A stretch of 64,000 nt of DNA from Bacteroidota bacterium (GTDB lineage: Bacteria; Bacteroidota; Bacteroidia; Bacteroidales; BM520). Location of the stretch: assembly GCA_002748065.1 (NCBI GenBank), contig PDRJ01000032.1, positions 236 through 64,235 on the forward strand. Direction: 5' to 3'. The notes below the pieces were generated by a model. The model saw nothing but the letters and a program-made list of their open reading frames with translations. It ran no database searches and was not told the origin of the DNA. Shown here one piece after another: positions 1-8,899 of the stretch. The position numbers were made by a program, and so were the translations under genes. Numbering within the stretch: position 1 is the stretch's first letter; every line of letters starts with the position of its first letter.

Positions 1-499
1 CATCAAAAGCATTATCACCTGAACCTTGTTCTCCTATGAAAGATTCTAATGTGTGCCACTCTGTGCCATCATTATAAAGAACATAAAAATGAGTAGAAAA
101 GAAACCTGCTCCTCCGTTACTTACAAACCAATGATAGAATTTTAAACTAGTTGTACCATTAGAAGGAATATTAAACTCACTTGTTTGCAAATAATTAAAA
201 GGATTACCTTCCGATCCTGCAGTATAACCTAATGCAGCAGAAAAATCACCTTCATAAAGATAATCTCCTCCGTTTCCTCCAAAGCTTGCTTCACTACAAA
301 TAAACCAAGTATTGTCTCCGGCATTAAAATCAGTAGGAGTTTGGTCTGATCCCATTAAATCAGAAGCAGAAAAAGTTGACCAGCCATCTGGCCAAGTAGT
401 TCCTGCTGTCTCTTCAAAACCCTGTTCTAGTATTACTATTTGTGCATTTACAAAACCAAACATAATTAAAATCGCAAATAAAATAGAAAATTTTCTCAT
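1..499 (-). CDS. Secreted protein, N-terminal fragment (gene runs off the left window edge)
   Basis: Own reverse-complement translation: ATG at 499..497, then MRKFSILFAILIMFGFVNAQ (signal peptide) IVILEQGFEETAGTTWPDGWSTF..., open with no stop to nt 1. It is absent from the ORF track because it has no stop in the window. ORF 312..518(+) is its antisense shadow. Confidence 0.6.
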   Translation of the reverse strand, partial: MRKFSILFAILIMFGFVNAQIVILEQGFEETAGTTWPDGWSTFSASDLMGSDQTPTDFNAGDNTWFICSEASFGGNGGDYLYEGDFSAALGYTAGSEGNPFNYLQTSEFNIPSNGTTSLKFYHWFVSNGGAGFFSTHFYVLYNDGTEWHTLESFIGEQGSGDNAFD

Positions 500-670
500 A
501 ACTTTAACTTTCTTATAAATTAGACTTCAAGGATATTAATTTTTTTGTTACTAACAAATTAACTCATTTTCGGACACTAGCATCCGAAAGTTGAGATTTT
601 AAAAAGCCCTCAGAATCTCGTGTTTTTGAGTTCGACAAAAAACCTCTTAAATATGGGACTCTTCAGGTGA

Positions 671-1349
671 AACAAAAATAACAAAAAAACAGTTGTCAGA
701 CAAATTTTAGATTTAGTACCGCGTTGGTTATTTAATGCTTGTACCAATACCTACAAAAGTGATAAAGGTTGCAGTAAATATAAGACATACGACCAATTTG
801 TAGCCTTAACTTTCGGACAGCTAAAGGAGGCATTAAATTACATACAGTCTGGGACGACACATTGATGATTCCTGATGTTGTTAATATCAGCCAGGCCAAA
901 GTTCACGACTGTTATGGATTAGCACAGTTAATATTTCCCAAAGGCACTGTAATTGTAGAAGATAGAGGATATGTTGATTTTGAGTTAATGCTAAATAGTG
1001 TCTGTCTATAGAGTCAGCGTTTTGAGAAGAGGCTGTCTAGAAAGTTCGAATTCGAGGCTTGCGAAGGCTGAAATAGGTGAGTTTACCAGGGTAAATGACC
1101 ATTTGGAAGAGAAGCGTAACGAAGAAGTCGGACTTTATAGACGGACTCTATTTACTCTTGGAACTGGTAAAACGTACAATTGCTAAAGGGAATATAGCGT
1201 TTTCAAACTTATCAGAGAAAATAAGGTTTTGCCTGTATCACTACCTTACTTTGGGATACGTGTGTAATGAAGTTAAAGAGGGCGTTAGGAGAATAAAACT
1301 CAAAAAACAAAAAGAAATTGCTTTTGAGAAAGACTTATTTTCCGGTTAA
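671..1349 (+). pseudogene. IS4-family transposase remnant (DUF4372-like N-terminus), broken by a stop, deletions and a repeat-element insertion
   Basis: Frame 671..865 reads NKKTVVRQILDLVPRWLFNACTNTYKSDKGCSKYKTYDQFVALTFGQL... then TGA. Frame 868..994 reads IPDVVNISQAKVHDCYGLAQLIFPKGTVIVEDRGYVDFELMLN (DDE-type DRGY block) and is cut at 996 by the 155-bp element. A short tail continues 1151..1349. There is no ATG and the total is far too short for an intact transposase. Confidence 0.6.
996..1150 (+). mobile_element. MITE-like 155-bp TIR element, copy A (inserted in the IS4 remnant)
   Basis: TAGTGTCTGTCTATAGAGTC...GACTTTATAGACGGACTCTA. Near-identical in length and sequence to copies at 28801, 34651 and 24398(rc). 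Flanked by TA on both sides (aaaTA|G...C|TAttt). Confidence 0.85.
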
Positions 1350-1435
1350 GCCGTACTTTTAGAATGGTTTTATTGGGATACAGAGGTTTTCTTGAATTTT
1401 TCTAAAAACTTTCAGGTGCTAGTGATAAAAAATGA

Positions 1436-1443
1436 TAAATTTG
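1436..1443 (+). promoter_or_regulatory. Bacteroidota -7 promoter box TAAATTTG
   Basis: Matches TAnnTTTG, 14 nt upstream of ATG 1457. It sits in a 19-nt string (aaaaatgataaatttgaat) repeated at 2536..2554. Confidence 0.5.
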
Positions 1444-1456
1444 AATAAAGATAAAT

Positions 1457-2329
1457 ATGATGAATAACGTATTATTGGCGGGAGCAACAGGATATTTAGG
1501 AAGTTTTATAACTCAGGAATTAGTTGCAAGAGATTTTGTGACAAGGATAGTCGTGCGTAATAAAGAGAAGGTAAATATAAACGCTCCCAATTTAGAAGTG
1601 GTAGAAGCACAAGTAACAGATCCTGAATCACTTAAAGGGATATGTGAAGGCTTCAATATTGTGATAAGCACTGTTGGAATTACACGCCAAAAAGATGGAT
1701 TGACCTACATGGATGTTGATTATCAGGCAAATGTGAACTTAATAGATGAAGCCAGGAAAAGTGGTGTCACAAAGTTTATTTATATCTCTCTCCTTAACGG
1801 AGATAAATTAAGGTATATAAAAGGTGGAGAGGCAAAGGAGAAATTAGTTGATTACTTAAAAAATTCTGGTTTGGATTATTGCATTATAAGACCTAATGGC
1901 TTTTTCTCTGATATGGGCGATTTTCTTAAAATGGCAAAAGGTGGGAGGATATATCTTTTTGGCAAAGGAGAACTTAAAATGAATCCAATTCACGGAAAGG
2001 ATTTAGCAGAAGTGGTTGTTGATTCAATAAATCAAAATAAACAAGAAATAAATGTGGGCGGACCTGATATGTTATCTCAGAACGAGATTGCCGCATTGGC
2101 ATTAGAGGCATATAGAAAACCTGTTAAAATAGTTCATCTTCCCGATTGGATACGAAGATTTGTTATTTGGTTTTTTCGTTCTTTTACCAATCAAAAGATT
2201 TATGGACCTATTGAATTTTTTATGACGATAATGGTGATGGATATGCAAGCACCAAAATATGGGAAAGAGAAACTAGAAGATTTCTTTAATCAAGAAGTAA
2301 AAAAACTAGAAAGAACTCTGCATAATTGA
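1457..2329 (+). CDS. NAD(P)H-binding atypical SDR (NmrA-like) oxidoreductase
   Basis: 290-aa ORF with N-terminal Rossmann motif LLAGATGYLGSFI and an NmrA/atypical-SDR-like layout. Confidence 0.75.
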   Translation: MMNNVLLAGATGYLGSFITQELVARDFVTRIVVRNKEKVNINAPNLEVVEAQVTDPESLKGICEGFNIVISTVGITRQKDGLTYMDVDYQANVNLIDEARKSGVTKFIYISLLNGDKLRYIKGGEAKEKLVDYLKNSGLDYCIIRPNGFFSDMGDFLKMAKGGRIYLFGKGELKMNPIHGKDLAEVVVDSINQNKQEINVGGPDMLSQNEIAALALEAYRKPVKIVHLPDWIRRFVIWFFRSFTNQKIYGPIEFFMTIMVMDMQAPKYGKEKLEDFFNQEVKKLERTLHN

Positions 2330-2543
2330 GTAGATGGCTGACAGCCGGCTGACCCTCAATGTGCCTTTTCCTCCCAGGGCGGATAGAGTTATTGCCGTAT
2401 GTATGAGCCTTATATACGGGGCCGTTCGCTAAATCGAAGGGAATAGGGGGTATCTCTAATTCGGTGTAGTGAAGCTTTTTTGAAGAGCTGATTAAATTTT
2501 CAAGATAACCTAGGATTGATTGCGGAAATTAGGCGAAAAATGA

Positions 2544-2551
2544 TAAATTTG
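2544..2551 (+). promoter_or_regulatory. Bacteroidota -7 promoter box TAAATTTG
   Basis: TAnnTTTG match 71 nt upstream of ATG 2622, in the same 19-nt context as at 1427..1446. Confidence 0.45.
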
Positions 2552-2621
2552 AATGCCATATAAGTAACTGAAAATTAAGGACTGATTTTTATATTAGTCG
2601 GAATTTTATAAAGAAATACCT

Positions 2622-3308
2622 ATGAAAAGACTAATAATTTTGATTGCTTCAATATTTATTATATCGAATGCATATTCACAAGAAATGAAGTTTGAGAGAC
2701 CAAACTATAAGAAGATTAGAAGAGAAATAAAAAAGAGAAAATCGAACCTTTATTATAAAAAACTATTTGACCGATATATAAATGGGGATACAACATTCAA
2801 CTTAAATGAGAAAAGACATTTATATTACGGGTTTTCATTTCAAGAAGATTATTCTCCATATGGCATTTCAACATATAGTGATAGTTTGACTATATTTTAT
2901 GAGAAGGACACATTAACTGAGTCTGATTTCAATGAAATTATTAAGTTTTCAAAATTATTACTTGATGAAAACCCATTCGACTTAAGAGCATTGGACAATT
3001 TGAATTACGCTTATTATAGACTTGGAAACAAAGAGCTTGAAAATCTTTACAATTATAAATTATTGTTGATTCTTGATGCAATTATGAGTTCAGGTGATGG
3101 AATAAGTGAGAAAAGTGCATTTTATGTAATATATATATCGCATGAATATGATTTGTTAAATGCTCTAGGATTTGGTTTTGGGGGAGAGCAAAGTTTTACA
3201 ACAAACGGTTATGATTATTTAAAGCTACAGGACAATGAATTTGGAATTGAAGGATTCTATTTTGAAATAAGTAGAAGTTTAGAGCAGCTTAATCTCATGT
3301 TTAAATAA
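2622..3308 (+). CDS. Secreted hypothetical protein
   Basis: 228-aa ORF with signal peptide MKRLIILIASIFIISNAYSQ. It is Lys/Asn/Tyr-rich with AT-rich codon usage. No motif I can name with confidence. Confidence 0.6.
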   Translation: MKRLIILIASIFIISNAYSQEMKFERPNYKKIRREIKKRKSNLYYKKLFDRYINGDTTFNLNEKRHLYYGFSFQEDYSPYGISTYSDSLTIFYEKDTLTESDFNEIIKFSKLLLDENPFDLRALDNLNYAYYRLGNKELENLYNYKLLLILDAIMSSGDGISEKSAFYVIYISHEYDLLNALGFGFGGEQSFTTNGYDYLKLQDNEFGIEGFYFEISRSLEQLNLMFK

Positions 3309-3425
3309 AAAACGTCCTGTAATCGAGTAAGATGGCTGAGGACCGGCTCTTTTTTGGGGTTGGTTTTGAGCAGGATGAGGTTGCTAGAGGGAATTCTATT
3401 GCTGGAAAGGTTTTTATATAAAAAA

Positions 3426-3458
3426 GGCCCTACTCTTTGAAGAGTAGGGCCTTTTTTT
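3426..3458. terminator. Bidirectional rho-independent terminator
   Basis: GGCCCTACTC-tttgaa-GAGTAGGGCC, with an A-run before and a T7 run after. It lies between the convergent genes 2622..3308(+) and hydC(-). Confidence 0.8.
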
Positions 3459-3538
3459 ATCCTCAAAACAAGAGAAGAAGGCCTGTGAGAATAGAATTAC
3501 AGGCTCTTCCTGTGTGTTTAGAGGTGGCGGTCAATGAC

Positions 3539-4027
3539 CTATAAATCACGGTACTCTTTAATGATCTTCTTAACATCATCAGGAGCCACGCGGCCATAGG
3601 TTTTGTCTCCTACTTGTACTACAGGAGCGAGTCCACAGGCCCCCACACAGCGCAGGCATGAGAGTGAGAACTTTCCATCCTCGCTGGTCTTTCCCACTTC
3701 AAGGTTCAACTCTTTCTTGAATTCATTTAGAACCTTCTCTGCACCACGAACGTAACAAGCAGTTCCTGTACAGATGGAGATGGGGAACCTTCCCTTGGGG
3801 GTCATGGTGAAGAATGAGTAGAATGTGACGACACCATAGACCTTTGCAACGGAGATGTTGAGCTCTAGCGCAATCACCTCTTGTACTTCAGGGGGTAGAT
3901 AGCCAAAGACCTCTTGTGTTTTATGAAGGACATTGATAAGTTCTCCCGGGTCATTGTTGAAAGAGGTACAAATCTCTTCTATTTTAGCAATATCCGCTTT
4001 TTTTAATTTTACTTTTATGCTTGACAT
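3539..4027 (-). CDS. hydC: [FeFe]-hydrogenase NuoE-like [2Fe-2S] subunit (HydC/HndA type)
   Basis: 162 aa. Cys pattern CTGTAC...CLRCVGAC is typical of NuoE/HydC thioredoxin-like 2Fe-2S proteins. Last gene of the hydrogenase operon. Confidence 0.85.
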   Translation of the reverse strand: MSSIKVKLKKADIAKIEEICTSFNNDPGELINVLHKTQEVFGYLPPEVQEVIALELNISVAKVYGVVTFYSFFTMTPKGRFPISICTGTACYVRGAEKVLNEFKKELNLEVGKTSEDGKFSLSCLRCVGACGLAPVVQVGDKTYGRVAPDDVKKIIKEYRDL

Positions 4028-4068
4028 AATATTTGTCTCCTTTACTTTATGTGACTTAACAGGGCTTC

Positions 4069-5847
4069 TTAGTCGATTAAGATATCCTTTTTACTCTTAT
4101 CAAAATAGTGGGTATGCAACAGGTGGTGTGCTTTCTCACTGAGAGGCTTCTCAAGGAACTCTTCGTAAATCTTTTTGATGTAGGGGTTCTCATGTGATTT
4201 ACGTATGGTCTTCATTTCATCTTCTCGATAGAGGGCTTCCATTCGTTTTCTAAGAATGTTGCTGTCACCATGGTGTAGGGGTTGACCTCCTCCGGCGATA
4301 CATCCTCCTGGGCAAGCCATAATTTCAATGGCGTGGAAATCATTGTTTCCCTCCCTGATACTTTCGAGAAGTTTACGGGCATTCCCCAATCCGTGGGCAA
4401 TACCGATGTTGATGGGAAGCCCATTAAAGTCAACAGTGGCAGAGCGGATTCCCTCAAAACCTCGAAGCGCTTTAAAGTCTACATTATCAAGGGTTTTCCC
4501 GGTTTGTAATTCGTAAGCTGTACGTGCTGCGGCCTCAATTACCCCTCCAGTAGTTCCAAAGATGACTCCCGCACCGGTTGATTCTCCCAATGGATTATCG
4601 AAATCTTCCTCCGGAAGGTTGTTGAAATCCATGTTGGATTGTTTAATCAAGTGTGCCAGCTCTCTTGTGGATATGGAGTAGTTTACATCGGGATCGTTTT
4701 CCACAAAGAATTCATCCCGTTGACACTCATATTTTTTGGCCAGGCAAGGCATGATAGATACTACGATAAGGTCCTCTCGTTTCACCCCAATTTTATCGGC
4801 AAAGTAAGTTTTGGCAATAGAGCCGAAGATCTGTTGAGGTGAGCGAGCTGTTGAGGGAATATCGCGCATGTCGGGGAAGTTGGACTCGAAGAAGTTCACC
4901 CATGCCGGACAGCAGGAGGTAAGAATGGGGAGAGCCACCTCTTTGTCTCCCGCCAAGAACTTGTTCAGTCGGTTGAGAAGTTCCGTACCCTCCTCCATAA
5001 TGGTGACATCCGCAGCGAAGTCGGTGTCGAAGACGTAGTCAAATCCCAGACGGCGTAGTGCTGCCGCCATTTTTCCGGTAACGAGGGTTCCCGGTTCGTT
5101 TCCGAACTCTTCTCCCAGGGTTGCCCGTACTGCTGGAGCTGTTTGGACGATGACGGTCTTGTTAGGATTCGCAAGGTCACGAATAAGACGGTGAGTATGA
5201 TCCACTTCTGTGAGTGCACCGGTGGGGCAAACTGCCACACACTGGCCGCAGTAAGTACAGGTGGATTTCTCCAGGTCTTGCTCAAAGGCGGTGGCTACTA
5301 CTGAATCGAAGCCTCTGTTGATGGCCGATAGAGCTCCAACTGTTTGTACGGTGTTACACATGGTTTCGCACCGGCGACACATGATACACTTATTTACATC
5401 ACGAATGATGGAGGGAGAGGTATCTTCACGATAGGTTGATTGCTCCCCTTTATAGGCAATTTTGCGAATCCCAAGATCTTGCGCCAAGGTCTGTAGCGTA
5501 CAGTTTCCACTTTTTGCACAGATGAGACAGTCAGCCGGGTGATCGGAGAGGATTAACTCAACTACGGTTGAACGTGCGTTGAGTACGCGGATGGAGTTGG
5601 TGCATACTTCCATCCCCTCCATAACCTTAGTTACACACGCAGGTGCAAGATTTCTTCTTCCTTTGACCTCTACCACACACACACGACAACCTCCCGGTTT
5701 GTTCTCGATGTTCATGTCATCGAGTTTCATGTAACAGAGTGTAGGAATATGGATATTATATTTTTTTGCTGCTTCGAGAATAGTGATTCCTGCGGGAACT
5801 TCTATCTCTTTATGATCGATTGTTAATTTGATATTTGCCATAGTCAA
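4069..5847 (-). CDS. hydA: [FeFe]-hydrogenase catalytic subunit (M3-type HydA/HndD)
   Basis: 592 aa with N-terminal 2Fe-2S and several 4Fe-4S Cys clusters. H-cluster motifs are LTSCCPAW, MPCLAKKYE and EIMACPGGCIAGGGQP. Confidence 0.95.
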   Translation of the reverse strand: MTMANIKLTIDHKEIEVPAGITILEAAKKYNIHIPTLCYMKLDDMNIENKPGGCRVCVVEVKGRRNLAPACVTKVMEGMEVCTNSIRVLNARSTVVELILSDHPADCLICAKSGNCTLQTLAQDLGIRKIAYKGEQSTYREDTSPSIIRDVNKCIMCRRCETMCNTVQTVGALSAINRGFDSVVATAFEQDLEKSTCTYCGQCVAVCPTGALTEVDHTHRLIRDLANPNKTVIVQTAPAVRATLGEEFGNEPGTLVTGKMAAALRRLGFDYVFDTDFAADVTIMEEGTELLNRLNKFLAGDKEVALPILTSCCPAWVNFFESNFPDMRDIPSTARSPQQIFGSIAKTYFADKIGVKREDLIVVSIMPCLAKKYECQRDEFFVENDPDVNYSISTRELAHLIKQSNMDFNNLPEEDFDNPLGESTGAGVIFGTTGGVIEAAARTAYELQTGKTLDNVDFKALRGFEGIRSATVDFNGLPINIGIAHGLGNARKLLESIREGNNDFHAIEIMACPGGCIAGGGQPLHHGDSNILRKRMEALYREDEMKTIRKSHENPYIKKIYEEFLEKPLSEKAHHLLHTHYFDKSKKDILID

Positions 5848-5854
5848 GCTCCCA

Positions 5855-7648
5855 TTAAATTAGTTGAATTGCCTTAAATTTACATTTAGTCATACATGTT
5901 CCACATTTTATGCAGGCTGATTGGTCAATGCGATGGGGCATTTTGCGTTCTCCGACGATACAGTTTACCGGACAAGCCCTGGCACATGCGGTACATCCCA
6001 CACAATTCTCTTCGATGATATCGTACATTAAGAGTTCAGTACAAGCTCCTGCCGGACATTTTTTATCGGTTACGTGTGCCACGTATTCATCCCAGAAGTT
6101 GTCCAGTGTGGAGAGTACGGGGTTAGGAGAAGTCTGTCCCAGTCCACAGAGGGAGGCATCTTTGATCACGTTGGAGAGGTTGCGAAGATTGTGAAGGGTC
6201 TCCATATCTCCTTCTCCTTTGGTGATCTTTTCAAGAAGTTCATAAAGACGCTTGTTTCCAATACGGCAGGGGGAACATTTCCCGCAAGACTCTTCCACCG
6301 TAAAGTCAAGATAGAATTTTGCCACAGAGACCATACAGTCATCTTCATCCATGACGATCATTCCTCCGGATCCCATCATGGATCCTTCTGCAATCAGGTT
6401 GTCAAAATCGATGGGCGTATCGAGGTGTTTCTCGGTAAGACATCCTCCGGAGGGACCTCCGGTTTGAACGGCTTTAAATTTCTTTCCATCTTTGATACCG
6501 CCGCCGATTTCAAAGATCACCTCCCGTAAGGTGGTTCCCATGGGAACTTCAATAAGCCCTACGTTATTGATCTTTCCGGCCAATGCAAAGACTTTGGTTC
6601 CTTTGGATCTTTCCGTTCCAATGCTGCTAAACCATTCTGCTCCTTTAAGAAGGATGACCGGAACGTTGGCAAAGGTCTCCACATTGTTCACGTTGGTGGG
6701 CTTTCCTTTGTATCCAGACTCGGCAGGGAAGGGGGGCTTAAAGGTTGGTTCTCCCCGTTCTCCCTCCATGGAGTGGATGAGTGAGGTCTCTTCTCCACAT
6801 ACAAAGGCTCCCGCTCCATAACGAAGCTCCACGTCAAAGTTAAAACCTGAACCCAGAATATCGTTTCCTAATAAGCCGTATTCACGCGCTTGCTTAATGG
6901 CAATCTTAAGACGGTTGATGGCCAAGGGGTATTCTGCACGGATATAGATGAGTCCTTTGTCGGCACCGATGGAGTATCCACAGAGTGCCATCGCTTCCAG
7001 GATGGTGTGTGGATCCCCTTCAAGGATAGAGCGATCCATAAAGGCCCCGGGGTCTCCTTCGTCTGCATTACAGACTACATATTTCTGGTCAGCCTTGTTT
7101 TTTGAGGCAAATTCCCATTTCAAGCCAGTGGGGAAACCTCCACCACCACGTCCTCGCAGCCCTGACTTCTTAAGCTCATCAATGACCTCTTGTGGCGTCA
7201 TTGATGAAAGCGCTTTCCCTAACGCCATATAGGCATCCCGAGAGATAGCTTCATCAAGATTCTCCGGATCAATAAAACCACAGTTTCGCAGCGCAATTCG
7301 GATTTGCTTCTTATAGAAGCCCATCTTTTTGGAGTCTGTGATATGCTCTTTGCTCCCCGGATCTTCGTATAGTAACCGTTCTACTTTTCTCCCCTTTACG
7401 ATGTGTTCGTCAATGATTATCTCGGCATCTTTGGGGGTAACCTGTGTATAAAAGGTGTTGTCAGGAAGAACTTTTACGATGGGCCCTCTTTCACAGAAGC
7501 CAAAGCAACCCGTCGTTACGACCTTTACATCCTCTTCCAACCCTTTTTCCTGAATGCGATCGTTGAGGTTCTTTACGATGCCAACACTGTCAGATGCTTT
7601 ACATCCCGTACCTCCACAGACCATTAAGTGATATTTGTAGGTAGCCAT
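5855..7648 (-). CDS. hydB: [FeFe]-hydrogenase NuoF-like NAD(P)H/FMN subunit (HydB/HndC type)
   Basis: 597 aa. GRGGGGFPTGLKWE (FMN/NADH site), ESCGKCSPCRIG (N3 cluster) and a C-terminal 2x4Fe-4S (CVGCTACARACP, CIKCGTCMTKC). Confidence 0.95.
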   Translation of the reverse strand: MATYKYHLMVCGGTGCKASDSVGIVKNLNDRIQEKGLEEDVKVVTTGCFGFCERGPIVKVLPDNTFYTQVTPKDAEIIIDEHIVKGRKVERLLYEDPGSKEHITDSKKMGFYKKQIRIALRNCGFIDPENLDEAISRDAYMALGKALSSMTPQEVIDELKKSGLRGRGGGGFPTGLKWEFASKNKADQKYVVCNADEGDPGAFMDRSILEGDPHTILEAMALCGYSIGADKGLIYIRAEYPLAINRLKIAIKQAREYGLLGNDILGSGFNFDVELRYGAGAFVCGEETSLIHSMEGERGEPTFKPPFPAESGYKGKPTNVNNVETFANVPVILLKGAEWFSSIGTERSKGTKVFALAGKINNVGLIEVPMGTTLREVIFEIGGGIKDGKKFKAVQTGGPSGGCLTEKHLDTPIDFDNLIAEGSMMGSGGMIVMDEDDCMVSVAKFYLDFTVEESCGKCSPCRIGNKRLYELLEKITKGEGDMETLHNLRNLSNVIKDASLCGLGQTSPNPVLSTLDNFWDEYVAHVTDKKCPAGACTELLMYDIIEENCVGCTACARACPVNCIVGERKMPHRIDQSACIKCGTCMTKCKFKAIQLI

Positions 7649-7667
7649 AGTTTAATCTCTTTATATG

Positions 7668-8063
7668 TTAGTCCTCAATGGTTTTGTAGTTTGCAGGAAT
7701 AATCCCTTCAATGAGCTCTTCATTGCGGATGTATTTTTCAATGATCTCATCTGCCTTTTGGATTGTTACATAGCCAAAGACGACAGGTTCTTTACCGGGT
7801 AACGTGACCTCAATGGTGGGTTCGGCGTAACTGTATCCCATGTCACCCGTTTGTGTTACAACAGCACTTACGTTGCGTTTTTCCAGCTCTTCAACGAGAT
7901 AGTTAAAAATCTCTTTGGCTCCAGAGGCAATACCACTGGTGGCCATTCCCACTTTGATTTGAGCCATGGATTCCGGACTCTCGGCATTTTCTCGCAGGCG
8001 AATCTTTGCTTGAAGATCATCCTTGATCTTGCGAAGATCGTTCAGTGACGTGATTTTATTCAT
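7668..8063 (-). CDS. HndB-like thioredoxin-fold small subunit, cysteine-free variant
   Basis: 131 aa with the layout of 2Fe-2S thioredoxin-like ferredoxins (VGMATSGIASGA...TQTGDMGYSYAEP), but the translated ORF contains no Cys at all. Confidence 0.7.
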   Translation of the reverse strand: MNKITSLNDLRKIKDDLQAKIRLRENAESPESMAQIKVGMATSGIASGAKEIFNYLVEELEKRNVSAVVTQTGDMGYSYAEPTIEVTLPGKEPVVFGYVTIQKADEIIEKYIRNEELIEGIIPANYKTIED

Positions 8064-8106
8064 CTTATTCTCCTTATATGGTTGATTTTTTTTACAATTT
8101 CAGTGA

Positions 8107-8114
8107 CAAAACTA
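8107..8114 (-). promoter_or_regulatory. -7 promoter box TAGTTTTG (minus strand) for the hydrogenase structural operon
   Basis: The plus strand reads caaaacta. TAnnTTTG match 44 nt upstream of start 8063. Confidence 0.45.
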
Positions 8115-8143
8115 TTTTGTTTTACCCTATCCTCCAAGAGAAT

Positions 8144-8161
8144 CTGTGAATATTTTAACAA
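8144..8161. promoter_or_regulatory. Rex-like palindromic operator candidate
   Basis: CTGTGAA-tatt-TTAACAA against the Rex consensus TTGTGAA-n4-TTCACAA (12 of 14 half-site positions). It lies 30-50 nt upstream of the -7 box. Confidence 0.35.
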
Positions 8162-8195
8162 TGTTAGGCCTCTAACAGTAAATTTAGAAAAAGTC

Positions 8196-8221
8196 TAAAT
8201 AGTAAAGATGGGTTGTTCTTT
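8196..8221 (-). promoter_or_regulatory. Conserved ~26-nt box shared with 12168..12192
   Basis: taaatagt-aaag-atgggttgttcttt here and taaatagt-ctt-atgggttgttcttt at 12168..12192. Both lie upstream of hydrogenase-locus transcription units. Confidence 0.4.
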
Positions 8222-8306
8222 ATTAAGTAGTTGTAAATGAGTTGTATGTGTGAGTATCGGCGGGCTGAAATAGCCCTTTTGAGATTGTCTAAAAAGACCA
8301 GGCTCG

Positions 8307-8344
8307 TGTCTGTTCCTAAAGTCGGACTTTAACGACGGACGCTA
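8307..8344. repeat. Mini hairpin derivative of the MITE (two termini back to back)
   Basis: GTGTCTGTTCCTAAAGTC-GGACTTTAACGACGGACGCTA. Degenerate internal MITE sequence (ggctgaaatag...) lies just upstream at ~8262..8306. The terminal CTA at 8342..8344 is the TAG stop of CDS 8342..8887. Confidence 0.7.
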
Positions 8345-8887
8345 GGCTAATATCTGTAGGGCTGTCAGGTTATTTTTGATAAACTCTTTGAGAATGGGAC
8401 GAACGCCATTGCTATTTAGAGGGACCCCAAGAGCTTCTGTTAGTTCTTTGGAATCCAGTGTGAAAGATCCATTAGGGGTGGAGTGCGTATAGATAAGGTG
8501 AACCTCGGGGTGTCCGGTTAAAAAGAGCAATAGTGTTCCGATAATATCGCCCAGGGGTTGACGATCGATATGGTTAAGCCCGAAGGTTGCTGAGACTCTT
8601 GTGCCTTTGGAGAGGGTGCTGACAATGGAGAAGGTACCGCCGGTTAATTCTGCATGGTACTTTAGCAACGAGGTTCCCATGCCCGTCTTTTTTCCTTTCT
8701 TCGTGGTGAAGAAAGGGTCGGATATTCGGTTTAGGGTCTCCTGATCCATTCCCGTGCCATTATCCGTAATGGTGAGTGTCATGGTGTTGTGTTGTGGTTG
8801 CTCTTCAATGGCAATGACCACATGATCCGCTTCAGCGCGAATGGAGTTGTTGACAATATCCACAATATGTTCACAGATCTCTTTCAT
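8342..8887 (-). CDS. GHKL (HATPase_c) ATP-binding protein, stand-alone
   Basis: 181 aa with an N-box IVDIVNNSIRA, G1 DNGTGM and G2 GMGTS. No DHp/HisKA region is visible. Confidence 0.75.
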   Translation of the reverse strand: MKEICEHIVDIVNNSIRAEADHVVIAIEEQPQHNTMTLTITDNGTGMDQETLNRISDPFFTTKKGKKTGMGTSLLKYHAELTGGTFSIVSTLSKGTRVSATFGLNHIDRQPLGDIIGTLLLFLTGHPEVHLIYTHSTPNGSFTLDSKELTEALGVPLNSNGVRPILKEFIKNNLTALQILA

Positions 8888-8899
8888 GGCGTATGGGCA

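Noticed and set aside
312-518. ORF 312..518(+), 68 aa
   Set aside because: It is antisense to the much better supported minus-strand secreted-protein gene (signal peptide, open to the window edge).
998-1186. Recurring small ORFs with near-identical peptides (..VSVLRRGC.ESSN.RLAKAE..EFT.VNDH.E.KRNEEVGLY..) at 998..1186, 1095..1349, 28683..28979, 28900..29244, 34653..34973 and 28647..28907(-)
   Set aside because: They are translations of the MITE copies. The copies differ by indels and frame-breaking changes, occur in both orientations, lack starts and RBS context, and one copy has an internal deletion. This is a repeat, not a gene family.
1345-1351. GTTAAGC (matches integron attC core GTTRRRY) plus the repeated gene flanks suggested an integron-like cassette array at the left edge
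   Set aside because: It is a single 7-mer match with no paired R''/L''-L'/R' inverted structure and no integrase. The shared upstream string is explained as a promoter box. The repeated flanks are kept only as a low-interest observation.
3257-3466. ORF 3257..3466(-), 69 aa
   Set aside because: It spans a terminator hairpin and intergenic repeat sequence and overlaps the end of gene 2622..3308. No supporting features.
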